Source of the DNA: Chrysomallon squamiferum
Taxonomy: Eukaryota; Animalia; Mollusca
DNA: 64,000 nt
Direction of reading: 5' to 3'
Assembly (NCBI GenBank): GCA_012295275.1
Contig: CM022668.1
Coordinates: 13,330,001 to 13,394,000 of the forward strand
In this document: in pieces, positions 15,740 to 28,085 of the stretch
Layout of the letters: each line of letters begins with the position of its first letter
How positions within the stretch are numbered: the first letter of the stretch is position 1
Made by a program: the position numbers and the translations under genes
Notes under the pieces: generated by a model
What the model saw: only the letters and a program-made list of their open reading frames with translations
Database searches by the model: none
Told to the model about the DNA's origin: nothing

Positions 15740-16870
15740 TCCAGTAGTCTACAGACTTTATCAGTTTAAATGCCAGTACTGAATAAATACAAATATAGCT
15801 TATAATTTATTATAATTATGTAAATGTCTGTATAGCCTATAATGTTTTAGTCTAAATTCAATAGTCTACAGTTTATTCATTTGTCTAAATGCCAGTACTG
15901 ATTATAAAATGCATCAGTCTGAATGCAAATGCAGCATATAATCCATTGTCTAAATGCCAATATAGACTATACTTTATTCATCTAAATGCTAGTGCAAACT
16001 AGTTTATTAATTAATGTAAAAGTCATTATTTGTTACACAGTACATCAATCTAAATGCAAATACAGTCTATAAATCTATTAGTTGTCTGAATGCCAGTAGA
16101 ACATGTAGAAGTATATTAAGTTTAAGTATCAATAATCTAAATCAAACTGTATTTATAAAAAAAAATACCAATACAGTCTATAATATATATTAAGTCTGAA
16201 TCCAGTGCATTAATTAATTAGTCTGAATGCCAATACTGATTATAAAATAAACATATCCAAATGCAGATACAGCTTATAATCTGTTAATTGGCAAAATGCC
16301 AAAATACGACAGAAAGTATATTAGTAAGTCTAAATATCAATGCAGCCTATAAAGGTTTATTAGCCTGAAGGCAAACACTGCCTATAATTTATTATTTTAT
16401 CTTAATGCCAATTCAGCCTCTAGTTTCTTGGTATAAGTAGCAGTACAGCCTATTAATTAGTCTAAAATGTCAATGCACACTTTAGCTTAAATATCAAAAG
16501 AACCTATTAATTAGTTTAAATATCAAAAGAACCTATTGATTAGTTTAAATATCAATACAACCTGTTAAACAGTTTAAATATCAATAGAACCTATTGATGA
16601 GTCTAAATGTCAATGCAGTCAATAGTTTATTAATTAGTTTAAATATCAATAAAACCTATTAATTAGTTTAAATATCAATAAAACCTATTAATTAGAGTAA
16701 ATATCATTACAAACTACTGATTAGTCTAAATATTAATGCATTCTATAGTTTATTAGTTTAATTATCAATACAATCTGTTAATTTGTCTAAATATCAATCA
16801 ACCTATTGATTAGTCTGAATGTCAATGCAGTCTATAGTGTATTAATTAGTCTAAATATCAATGTCAATAC
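15740..16870. repeat. Degenerate ~29-bp minisatellite
   Basis: Unit ACCTATTAATTAGTTTAAATATCAATA(C/A)A; period 29 measured between 16502 and 16531. Confidence 0.85.
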
Positions 16871-17104
16871 AGCTAGAATTTTTTTTTTTTTTTTAAATCT
16901 GTAACAGTTATGATTAATACTAATAAATGTTAACAAAGCAAAAGGTTACATATTAAAGAAAACCATAAAACGGAGGCCATTAACCAATCTGGAAGGCCAT
17001 ATAATCTGCCCACCTAATAAAAAGTGATTTAGCTAAATCCTGGTGCATCCTGTTTAACAGTTTAAAAAATCAGCCGTTTCAACTGTGTGCATTACACTTC
17101 GACC

Positions 17105-17930
17105 TGTTTATCAGTTTTTCAATACAGCTTTTTCATCAGACTGTCATACTGCAGCCTATTTTATCAGTTTATCAATACAGCTTTTTCATCAGACTGTCAT
17201 ACTGCAGCCTATTTTATCAGTTTATTAATACAGCTTTTTCATCAGACTGTCATACTGCAGCCTATTTTATCAGTTTTTCAATACAGCTTTTTCATCAGAC
17301 TGTCATACTGCAGCCTATTTTATCAGTTTATCAATACAGCTTTTTCATCAGACTGTCATACTGCAGCCTATTTTATCAGTTTTTCAATACAGCTTTTTCA
17401 TCAGACTGTCATACTGCAGCCTATTTTAACAGTTTATCAATACAGCTTTTTCATCAGACTGTCATACTGCAGCCTATTTTAACAGTTTATCAATACAGCT
17501 TTTTCATCAGACTGTCATACTGCAGCCTATTTTATCAGTTTATCAATAGAGCCTTTTGATCAGACTATCATAATACAGCCTATTTTAACAGTTTATCAAT
17601 ACAGCTTTTTCATCAGACTGTCATACTGCAGCCTATTTTATCAGTTTATCAATACAGCTTTTTCATCAGACTGTCATACTGCAGCCTATTTTATCAGTTT
17701 ATAAATACAGCTTTTTCATCAGACTGTCATACCACAGCCTATTTTAACAGTTTATCAATACAGCTTTTTCATCAGACTGTCATACTGCAGCCTATTTTAT
17801 CAGTTTATCAATACAGCTTTTTCATCAGACTGTCATACTGCAGCCTATTTTAACAGTTTATCAATAGAGCCTTTTGATCAGACTATCATAATACAGCCTA
17901 TTTATCAGTTTATCAATACAGCCTTTTCAG
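17105..17930. repeat. Homogeneous 53-bp tandem array (~15 copies)
   Basis: Unit CAGTTTATCAATACAGCTTTTTCATCAGACTGTCATACTGCAGCCTATTTTAT starts at 17112, 17165, 17218 and onward; degenerates to ~18320. Confidence 0.95.
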
Positions 17931-19499
17931 ATATCATAATAGTCTTTTCTTCAGAATATAATACAGCCTTTTCATCAGAATATAATAATATAACCTTTTT
18001 ATCAGAATATAATAATACAGCCTTTTCATCAGAATATGTCTTTTCATCAATTATCACAATATTGTCTATTTATTAGACCTTCACAGTACAGTCTTTTCAT
18101 CAGACTAGTTCAGTGCAGCCTATCGTAATATAGTCTATTCACCAAACTATAATAATACACAGCTAGCTTATATCAGTGTATCATAATACAGTTGTTTTTT
18201 TGGACTATAATAACAGCAGCTGACATACTAGACTATCACAATGCAACCTATTCACCAGACTATTGTAATAACTGTTTGATCAAATCTGTTTATCAGATAT
18301 ATCGTGGTTAAGCCTTTTCAGTTATGACAACATAGGCTTTGTTGTTATATTCTGATGAAAAGGCTATTTGCAATCTTAAATTTAATGCAGCATATCCATT
18401 ATTCTTTATAGAATAATCTCTAGTTTATTCAAGTCAGTCTGAAAATACTATCTATCAATGCTCTCATAATCCTTTTATATTTATATATATATATATATAT
18501 GTATATACACATACATATACACCATCAGTTTACATTTAAATACAACATACTCGACAATTTAAATCTCAGTACAGCAAATTGTTCTACAATAAATTATAAT
18601 TCATCCGAGCAGACGTCAGAGTAACCAATTCATTGATCTGCGTCTCGTCTCAGATTATTAAACGATACCTTTTTTTCATCTGCATGTTACAAATCATCTG
18701 AACTGAATATGAGGACAGGAACGTATATATCAATACAGTTGTGTGTTAAAAGTCAAACAGAAAGCCAGTCCTCTCTCTGCAAGTCAATACAATACGATCG
18801 TCCCTCTCGCAATTGTTTTATAATCATTTAAACAGAAACTATTTGAAGTCTGAGCATAGCCTATAACCAGTCAGTATATTTAACAGTCATCTGTGTGTGT
18901 CGTTTATTTTGTATAGATTATATGTCAGCTATTTCTGGTGAGCCTATTCTAAATATATGTGTCAATATAGAGGGGTAAACACAGCCTAATTCTCTTGTTA
19001 TGTCAATACATTATAATTATCTCTGTCATATAAATAGAGCCTATTCTAAATATATATATTTATTACCTATCAGTGTAGTTAATTATGCATCAAATTCAAA
19101 ACGCAGTCTGTTTTTTTCCTATGTCAATACATGATAATCACCTGATTAGATTTTGTTTTTATCGTTAATGTGTCATAAGTAGAAGCTATTCTAAATATAT
19201 ATATATCAGTATAGTTAATTACATTATAAATACAGCCTATATGTCTATTATTTTAGCTTATTTGTCAGTGCCTGATAATAAAAATATATTTTAATGTAGT
19301 TTATTACATGCATTTGAAAATCCGGCATACCTGTCTATATGTCAATATATTGTAAACCATCGTAATAATTTATAGTTTATCTGTCAATCATTAAAGTGTT
19401 TTCTTAACTAAGTCCATATCTAAACATAGCCAATCCACTGGATTATAAGTAATCAGTATCTTTTTTTGTTATTCATAAGAGGCTACTTACAAGTATACA

Positions 19500-19885
19500 A
19501 TTACACTGCAGCTTATTCATTAACATCAAAATACAGCCTGTTGTATTCAGCATACATCACAACACAGCTTATTCATCAGCATACATCACAATACAGCTTA
19601 TATGTCAGCAGACATCACGATACAGCTTATTTGTTAGCATACATCACAATACAGCTTATTTGTCAGCATACATCACAATACAGCTTATTTGTTAGCATAC
19701 ATCACAATACAGCTTATTCATCAGCAAACATCACAATACAGCTTATTCATCAGCAAACATTACAAAACAGCTTATTCATCAGCACATATCACAACATATC
19801 CTATTCATCAACAATAAAATACAGCTTATTTATCAACATCAGAATACTGCTTATCTATCATCATATATCAATACAGCTTTTTCAT
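19500..19885. repeat. 29-bp tandem array
   Basis: Unit AATACAGCTTATTCATCAGCATACATCAC; starts at 19591, 19620, 19649 and onward. Confidence 0.92.
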
Positions 19886-20966
19886 AATTTAGTACTAAAC
19901 TTTAAAGTCATAAAAAAAAATAAATAAAATACACAGCAGTTGATATGTTTTTAAAATATATTTAACAATGTCTGAAAAAAACCAGAAGTGTTGCATGCAT
20001 AATACATTAGGATTTCATTTCATGAATAAGCTGTATTGATATTTGGATCAATGAATAAGCTGTTACGATTTAGACTGCTGAATAAATTGTATTCACTGTA
20101 AAAAAATGTATTCAAAACATATGGCTACCCTTGGATTCAAGCTATTAAAAAAAAAAAATTGTTTTAGTATCAAACGATCTAAAAACTTTTCCCCTTGGGT
20201 TCATACTGTTGAAGAGATTGTATACAGTGTCACAATCTTATTCAAAATATCTGATAATCTATTGATAATTTTGTTTTTAACTGTACTTTTAAGATGTTAG
20301 AATTTTTCATCTAAAAAAAACCCAAACAGAACATACAATGTACAGATCATCAGTATATTCATGTTGAAAGTGAATTTGTTTAATCAATTTTGAGCTTAAG
20401 ATGTGTTATTTTTGTTTTGCTTTGTTGACAATCTATTATCAACAATTTTGTAATAATTTTATTTATATAATTATATTTTTTTTTCCTGTTCTTATTTACC
20501 GGATTAATAAAAAAAAAAAAAAAAAAAATACTAATCTTGAATATACGGCATAAAGACACTATTATTAACAATGCTTTTTTGTTGTGGGTTTTTATTTTTA
20601 TTTTTTCACTATTTTTATTTAGTCTAGTAAAAAAGGTGAAATATTATCCAACATAAAGGCATTTTGATAACGTACCTTTTCAGTATGCCATCTACATTTT
20701 TTTTTTTTTTTTTTTTTTATTTATTATCTTACACGGTCTATTATTAATAAGTAATGCTATTTCCTGCTGTGAAATACTGTATCACTCACCAGTAGTTTAA
20801 TAAAATATCATCAAAAGAAATGTTTATATAAAATAAACACTGTAGATTATCATTAATTATTGAAGGTGATATAATTTCCTGCTGTGAAATAGAGCATCGT
20901 GTAGGAGTGTTTAAATGATCTACGCTTTTAATACTGATTCTAAAGAAATTACATAACATACTGTAT

Positions 20967-21001
<35 letters not shown>

Positions 21002-21325
21002 TATCATTAGAACAGTTTTTCATAAAGCCTATCCTACTGCATAACATTTCCTTAATGTTTGGAAACTAATTTTAAAGAAAACTGTTTTATATTATCACAG
21101 AAAGTAATGTTGTTTTATAATACATTTTAGATAGATATTGAATATTTTCATTTTAACCCAATTATCTATGATGTCTAAAAGCCATATATTAGTAACAATA
21201 ATATTTCTGGTTGTTTCGTTCTTATTAACTTTTTTTTTTTTCTTTATTCCTTCTGTTGTTATGAGCTAGGTTTTGTTGTTGTTGTTGTATTTTGGGGGTT
21301 TTATTTTTGTGCATGATTCTGTGTC

Positions 21326-21360
<35 letters not shown>

Positions 21361-21620
21361 CAGGTTATATTTATTACTAATGAAATGAAAATACTTTTCA
21401 GTAATGAGAAAGATTATAAATTCTTGTTGTAAATAAACCTCATTTTTAACTTTTTTTTTTAAATTAAGTATCACAGTAATATAAATAGCTAAGCCATAAA
21501 TGAATCTACTAGATAAGGGACTTGTCACACTAGAAAAAACAAACAAGAACAGAAAAGTGTCACATCAGTTATATTCACATTCACTAAACAAAAATATTTT
21601 TCTATAATATTACAAAACAA

Positions 21621-21724
21621 AAATGTTTATAAATTTACGAAGCAGATATTTTTATATTATTCCAAAGAAATGTTTATAAATTCACGAAGCAGATATTTTT
21701 ATATTATTCCAAAGAAATGTTTAT
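21621..21724. repeat. 47-bp near-perfect tandem duplication
   Basis: AAATGTTTATAAATT(T/C)ACGAAGCAGATATTTTTATATTATTCCAAAG twice. Confidence 0.9.
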
Positions 21725-22973
21725 GGCAAAGGATATCAAAATTTCAGTCATTGTAAATATACTAACAATTATGAAGAGTATTCACTAAAAAAAATAATAA
21801 TAATAATAGATATTTAGATATTTTTAATGAACTAACTAAACAGAAATTTGGACAAGTTATTAAAATGGATTATCAAATAATGGAGAAAAGTTATTTATTT
21901 TGTTGATTTGTTTGTTCCCTGGGCTGTTTTTTTTTGTTCTGTTTTGTTTTTACTATTTTGTAGAAAAACGGTTAATTTCAAACTAACAGCTGTAATATGA
22001 TACACTCTCACAATTAATGACTTAGTAAATGGGGAGAGGTTTAGGCTGCACCCTCAGACTTACAATAATATTCAGGTTTCAGATGTTCTTGTTTAATAAG
22101 AGGAAACCCATTATTGTAACAACAATTCTCTATTTGTTATTAATTAACTAAAATGTTCTCTAATTACACATATTGCCACAATTTGATATTTGATAAATTA
22201 ATTGTACCAGTTAACTTTAAAATCTGATTACAGAACAAAGAAGATATGAACCTGTGACCAACTATTCCTCATACCAATATTCTAACCATTGTCTTTCAAA
22301 TCAAAATAAAATTTTTTATAACTGGTACAACAAAGGTTATGAATAAAGAACTGAAAAAAATCTGATGAAAAAAATAAATTCTAATATGCACAGTACAGGA
22401 AAAAAAAAAAATGAGATAACTGAATAACAAAGATAATATATATTTTGTAAAACAGTTATGTATACTTCAGTAATTTAAGGTTAATTTTTTCCCTAAACTT
22501 ATTTTATTTTGCTAGGCATGGAATTAAAATAAAATGTATATTAACATTAATTTTATTTTATTTGAGATATAAGAAGAAGGTATAAGAAGAATTTAGCAAA
22601 AATAAAACTAGTTTATTATTTAACAGGATGAATTGTCAGTGTTATCTTTTATTGTTAATTAGTTATCACATGAATTTATTTATTCAAGTACATTCTGTTC
22701 AAGTGTTCATCCATCAAAATATCTGTCATTATGTCACAGTTTGATTTAAATGATCTAAATGTTACTGAACAATTAAACAAAAAAATCTAAAAAATATAGT
22801 TTGTTTATCTGTTAAGTTTGAAAGGGAAAAAACCAGAGTTACAGTTTATAATTGGGTTAAATATAAATAAAAATAAAACATTTATTAAATTAAACCATTT
22901 CGTCCAACAAAATTGTGAGCCATTTAACTGCTGAATTAACAACCTTGACACAATAAAAAGTTTTATTACTTAC

Positions 22974-23024
22974 CTACAATTGGGGGGAGGGTCAAGCGTT
23001 ATTTCAGTCAGCTCTCTTTGAAGC
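22974..23024 (-). CDS. UBE2E: UBE2E-family E2, coding exon 2 (51 nt); the remaining UBC-domain exons lie left of the window
   Basis: TTTCAG|...|GTAAGT, phase 2 to phase 2. Translates RLQRELTEITLDPPPNCS, matching UBE2E RIQKELAEITLDPPPNCS. I found no AGPKGDNIYEW-type exon in 1-22973 by eye. Confidence 0.93.
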
Positions 23025-23478
23025 CTGAAATAAAATTAAAAATACATAACCGAAACATCAAAAACAACCGAATCCGAATAAAAATTAAATAAAATAAAAA
23101 ATGTTTATAGCCAAATCAAAAATGGTGTAAGCAATCGGAAAACAATATGGCGTTCGTTGGCTACGTCTTCTATGAAAGGAATTTATCGAAATTTGTAATA
23201 AAAACGGTCTTGCTGGTTAAAAGTGACCATGCCAGGGCATAATTGGCATAAAAAGGAACCAATTAACGTTTTTCTTATTCTGCTAAAGTCGTTTGTTTTT
23301 AATATATAAGACGAAAAAGCTTATATGCAAATGAGCTCAGGTTGTATAGTGCACGTGTATTTCTATTCGATATATGACCGATAACTATCACGGTAACTAC
23401 TCATGGTTTCGAACGACTGAATATTTTATTGTAGTGACACAACGAGTGTTTAAAACTTATGCTTCTGTTTGTTAGTAC

Positions 23479-23648
23479 CTTCTTGCACTGGTGCTGGGAG
23501 CTTTTGAGAGTTTAAGTGTTGGTTTGTTGTCTTTTTCCGTCGAATTTTGTCCACGGGGGGCTGGCGGAGCCGTATTGCGAGCCGACCCAGAAGGGCCCCC
23601 TGGTGAAGACGATCCCGAGGGACCGGCCTGGGCATGTGATGTAGACAT
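23479..23648 (-). CDS. UBE2E: Ubiquitin-conjugating enzyme E2 E family (UBE2E/UbcH6/UbcD2-like), coding exon 1
   Basis: ATG at 23648 gives MSTSHAQAGPSGSSSPGG...LSKAPSTSAR, the S/G/P-rich N-terminal extension of class III E2s ending in the STSA(K/R)R motif. Donor AG|GTACTA, phase 2 (170 nt). Upstream acceptor TTTCAG puts the exon start at 23704. Confidence 0.9.
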
Positions 23649-23704
23649 TTTTAGGGGGGTTTTCGTCACCAGAAATCAACGGAATCTTGACAGTACAATC
23701 AAAT

Positions 23705-24600
23705 CTGAAATGAGAAGATGCAGAGAAAAAAAAAGAGATGTGAAAAAGCCCGAACATAATAATACATAAAACACTAGGCAAAACTACCATCAATCAGAGC
23801 GAACGAACAGGGAAAAACAAGATATTTTCGCTTTACCGGCAAATAAAAAAGTTTCCACGCTATTAATCGCTGACAGAACTTGTACGCGAGATAACGTTAC
23901 AATAACATGCACAATATAATATTGATGATGAAACCCATAAAACATAAAATGAATCAGAGTAAAGTCAAGAAGTTGTAAATGTCATCCCTGATCCAACCAC
24001 AAACACAAAGAACAGACAGGTTCGTTCGCTTATACTCGATTCGTTCGAGAGAAAGCGACGAAGTCTTATATGCCGAGACTTAGAACAATATACCTACTAT
24101 AAGTCCTGATTATCAGAACTGCGTCAGTCGAACCAAATAAACATTAAAACAATCCAAAACGAACTTGCACCTTGAAGCTAGTTTGTCGCGCGTCTCTCAT
24201 ATCAAGTTGTCATTGGGCTGTTACATACGCCTCCCAAGTAACATAAAAGTATACAAAATTCTACATAGAATGGACTGTGTACCCGATAAAGTACGGACCA
24301 AATCCTTCAAGCAATGTGTAAAAAAATTATAAAATTATTACAAAATATGAATACAATATCGATTCTCATACCAGTAAACTCACAAAGCAGATTCTTTAAT
24401 AATAGCCACAATGCGTTCGGTGGGAGGGAGTCCACAAAATCTTGTCAATTAGAAGTTGGGTGATTCTATTTTGAAGGAGAAAGGGGAGATAGCTTCTTGA
24501 GTTCACCCGCTGACCAGTCAAAATGAACCGTTACGTATTTTTCCAGATAGATAATGTTACATAATTTCGCGGAGGTAATTAATGAACTGAACTATGATAC
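23705..24600 (-). promoter_or_regulatory. CpG-enriched promoter / non-coding first exon region of UBE2E
   Basis: Local CpG enrichment relative to flanks. Candidate minus-strand donors AAG|GTGCAA (~24170) and CTG|GTATGA (~24371) lie upstream of the ATG exon. Confidence 0.5.
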
Positions 24601-25084
24601 AAATCTCAGATGTATTATTTACTCAGTTAAAGGGGGTGGGGGGAAGAAAAAACGAAAGTGACAGTAACAAATTAAATAATCGTAATAAAACTGTATTCTG
24701 AAATGTGACATTTATTTTTAAAAGAATACATTAATGTCTTAAACGATTTCTCCCATCTTTCACGAAAATCTTAACTGATTATCAGTTCTCAAAAATCAAA
24801 GTTAATAATAATAATAATAACCAAAGAAGATAAAGAAAAAGATAGAAAAAGAGAAAGACTGAAAAATCATAATGATATATAAATAATTAACTATCATTTT
24901 TAATTTTGTAAAAAAATATTATTCCTCCATTATTCATCATGATTTTCTCATTTGGATTTAATACACTACTGGTTGCATTTAAAATTTATTTTGTTTTTGT
25001 AGTTTCAAATATGGTCATTAATAATTATAAACCTTTACAGCATTACTTTTGTAGACTTCAGATAATTTGCCAATAATCATGTTA

Positions 25085-25123
<39 letters not shown>

Positions 25124-25504
25124 AAACTTTCATGTAAATTTATTCATAAATTCATTCATACATACATACAAACACTTGCACACACACAGGCACACATATA
25201 CACACATTTTACATATATAGATACACACACCAATGGATTAAATCATATCAATTTTGTTCTTTGGTTACCTTGATGTTGGATTGTTGTAATACATTATAAA
25301 TGATATATATTTAGGTCATATCCTGGTTTACATCTTATTTAGACTATTAAACAGATTAAGAGATTATCAGTATCAGCAAACTAAACTGATGTATCATTTC
25401 TTTTCTCTTTTATTTCTTGTTATTTTATTTTATTTTATTCTATTTTATGTATTCATTAATTTATTTAATATTTTAATTCATTTGTTAATATTACTAATTA
25501 CTAA

Positions 25505-26342
25505 AACTGTAGTAGTAGCAGTAATAGTAGTAGTTGTAGCTTTAATGGTGGTTGTAGAAGGAGTAGTAGTAGTAGCAGTAGTTGCAATAATAGTAGTATT
25601 AATAACAGTAGGAATAGCAGCAGTAGTAATAATAGCTGTAGTAGAAGAAGTAGTAATAGTAGTAATAGTTGTAGTAGTACTAGTAGTAACAGTAGCAATG
25701 GTAATAGTAATAACTGTATTAGCTTTAGTAGCATGAGTAGTAGTAATAGCATTAGTAGCAGTAGTAGTAGTAGTAGTAGTAGTAGTAGCAGAAGCAGCTG
25801 TAGTAGTAACAGTAATTGTGATGGTAGTAGTAGTAATAGTAGTAGCAGCAGTAGTAACAATATTTGTGGTATTATTAGTAGCAGCAGCAACAGTAGTAGT
25901 AATAGTTGTAGTAGTACTAGCAGTAGCAATCATACTAGATCAGATAGTAATAGGAGGAATAGTAGTAGTAGTTGTTGTTACGGTGGTAGTAGATGTGGTT
26001 GTAGTATGGTAAAACAGAATTAGCAACATTACTACTAGATGAGAGTGCAGATCAGCAGAAGAGGTAATAGTAGCAATAATAAAAGAAGTAGTAGTAGTAA
26101 TAGTAGTTGCAGTAGTAATAGTACTAACAGTTGTTGTAGTAGTAATAATAGTAGCAGTAATAGTAGTAGTAGTACTAGTAATAGTAGTAATAATAGCAGC
26201 AGTAACAGTAGTAGTAATAGTAGTGGTAGTTGTAATAGTAGTTGTAGTAGTAGCAGTAGTAATAGTACTGACAGTTGTTGTAGCAGTAGTAATAGCAGCA
26301 GTAACAGTAGTAGTAATAGTAGTAGTAGTTGTAATAGTAGTA
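25505..26342. repeat. Large imperfect (GTA/ATA/GCA)n trinucleotide block
   Basis: About 840 bp of degenerate (TAG)n, producing poly-V, poly-S, poly-T and poly-L ORFs in several frames. Confidence 0.9.
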
Positions 26343-26769
26343 AATGTCAAAATTGTTAATAATAAGAGATGCTAACAAACAGAAAAATGTAGACTGATGC
26401 TGTCCTGTCATGAAGTCTGATAGATCCTAGGATCAATTCTTCATGGTGCTGTTGCAGAGGTTATTCCCACTCTACCTCGAGCTTAACGTCTCAAAGGCTA
26501 CATTATTTGATTTACCGACTCAGGGAAAATACTTATATAAAAGTGATTGTCATAATAGGTATTATTAGCCAATAATGTGGTTGTTGCAGATATATAACAG
26601 TAGTCACTGGAGTTAGACTGGTGTTTTTATTCTCTTTGGTAATCAATATTGAATGTAGTGTAAAGGATTTGGACTTTGTTGAGGCAAAAAGCCATATAAA
26701 GACTCGAGGTTCTTCTTTTATTTTAAATAAAATAAAATAAAAATTATACCAGCTGAAAATATATGTGCA

Positions 26770-26870
26770 AGATACTGAGGGTCATTGGTTCAATCCTTCC
26801 AAGAGGATATTGTGCCTCCACAACAAATGATGCAGTAAATGCCAAGTTACGTACTGTTCTGACTGTATAG
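26770..26870 (+). mobile_element. Possible tRNA-derived SINE remnant
   Basis: B-box-like CTGAGGGTCATTGGTTCAATCC without a complete cloverleaf. A related GGATCAATTCT head occurs at ~3383 and ~26430. Confidence 0.3.
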
Positions 26871-26873
26871 TAC

Positions 26874-26874
<1 letters not shown>

Positions 26875-26918
<44 letters not shown>

Positions 26919-26986
26919 CATTATTATTATTAATAAGCTTGATCACCATTATCATTATTAGCATCATCATTATTATTGTCATTATT

Positions 26987-27017
<31 letters not shown>

Positions 27018-27330
27018 TATTATTATTATTAACATTACTGCTATTATTATTATTAACATTACCATTATTATCATTATAATTAACATGACTATTATTATTA
27101 TTATCATGACTATTATTATTATTATCATTATTTATAATTTATTTATATATTTTATTGGCTGATCATCATTGTCATCACTTATTATTTTTATTTACTAGAT
27201 TTATTACTACTGCTACAACTACTACTACTACTACTGCTACTACTACTACTACTACTAATACTACAACAAATACTACTACTACTACATCTATTACTACTAC
27301 TGTTATTATTATCATCATAACCATCATCAT
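26875..27330. repeat. Imperfect (ATT)n/(ACT)n block
   Basis: Trinucleotide runs seen directly. Confidence 0.9.
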
Positions 27331-27545
27331 TTTTCCCATGTTTGACAGTTTGCAAATATCTGTGATTTCAAAACTATATTCTGTTATACTTTTGGTAATT
27401 TGGACCAATGCAGGCATTTTTTTTTTTTTCATACTTTAGGAAAAATAAGAAAAATAACTAATATGTTGTCTATTGATATATCCTAGCAACTTGAGATAGT
27501 GTGTGGCAGATTCAAAAAGGAAACAAATGGTTCTCTATATTGAGC

Positions 27546-27614
<69 letters not shown>

Positions 27615-27738
27615 TAATAATATTTATCCACTTCAATTTTAATTGTCTGTCATGTAAGTATGAGTGTGTGCTTGTTTTGTTTTGTATGTGTGTATTTAAG
27701 TGTCTGTGTTTTTATGTCTATGTGCATATATGTTGGTA

Positions 27739-27777
<39 letters not shown>

Positions 27778-27945
27778 TGTTTTATTGGTGTGCCTTTTAA
27801 TAATTTCTTTATGTACATTTCTGTTATTTCGTGCCCCATTTTAGTTTTAAAAGGGATTTCTGTCCTTTTGTCTGTCTCTCTGTGTTTTTCATTCTATCTC
27901 TCTGTCTCTCATTGTGATAATAAAGTCTAAAAATAACCCTTAAGG

Positions 27946-28085
27946 AATATAGTGCTATTGAATTTATGAACAGTTATCTTTCTGAAGCAAAAATTCCCTA
28001 AAATCTATAGTTAAGTTAAAGAGGTGAGGCTTTAAATTTTATGTCTTATTTAGACATGCAGTTAACTTGTGGATGTCACTCATAT
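27946..28085 (+). pseudogene. Degenerate duplicate of the tRNA-Ala 5' flank and first ~17 nt of the tRNA
   Basis: Aligns by eye with 29982-30133 (shared AGTTATCTT, GAAGCAAAA, AGTTAAGTTAAAGAGGT, GGCTTTA-ATTTTAT) and ends in GTGGATGTCACTCATAT versus GGGGATGTAGCTCATAT. Confidence 0.65.

Noticed and set aside
17087-17930. 53-bp array as a CRISPR array or coding repeat
   Set aside because: Units are contiguous with no unique spacers and no cas genes. The period is not a multiple of 3, so the ORF just cycles through frames.
23450-23793. Alternative-frame and antisense ORFs over UBE2E exon 1
   Set aside because: Shadows of a GC-rich real exon. The same applies to antisense ORFs over the PPM1K, SMYD and Ig exons.
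25389-26411. Thr-, Ser-, Val- and Leu-rich ORFs as a mucin gene
   Set aside because: All derive from a degenerate (TAG)n repeat open in several frames on both strands; no signal peptide or partner exons.
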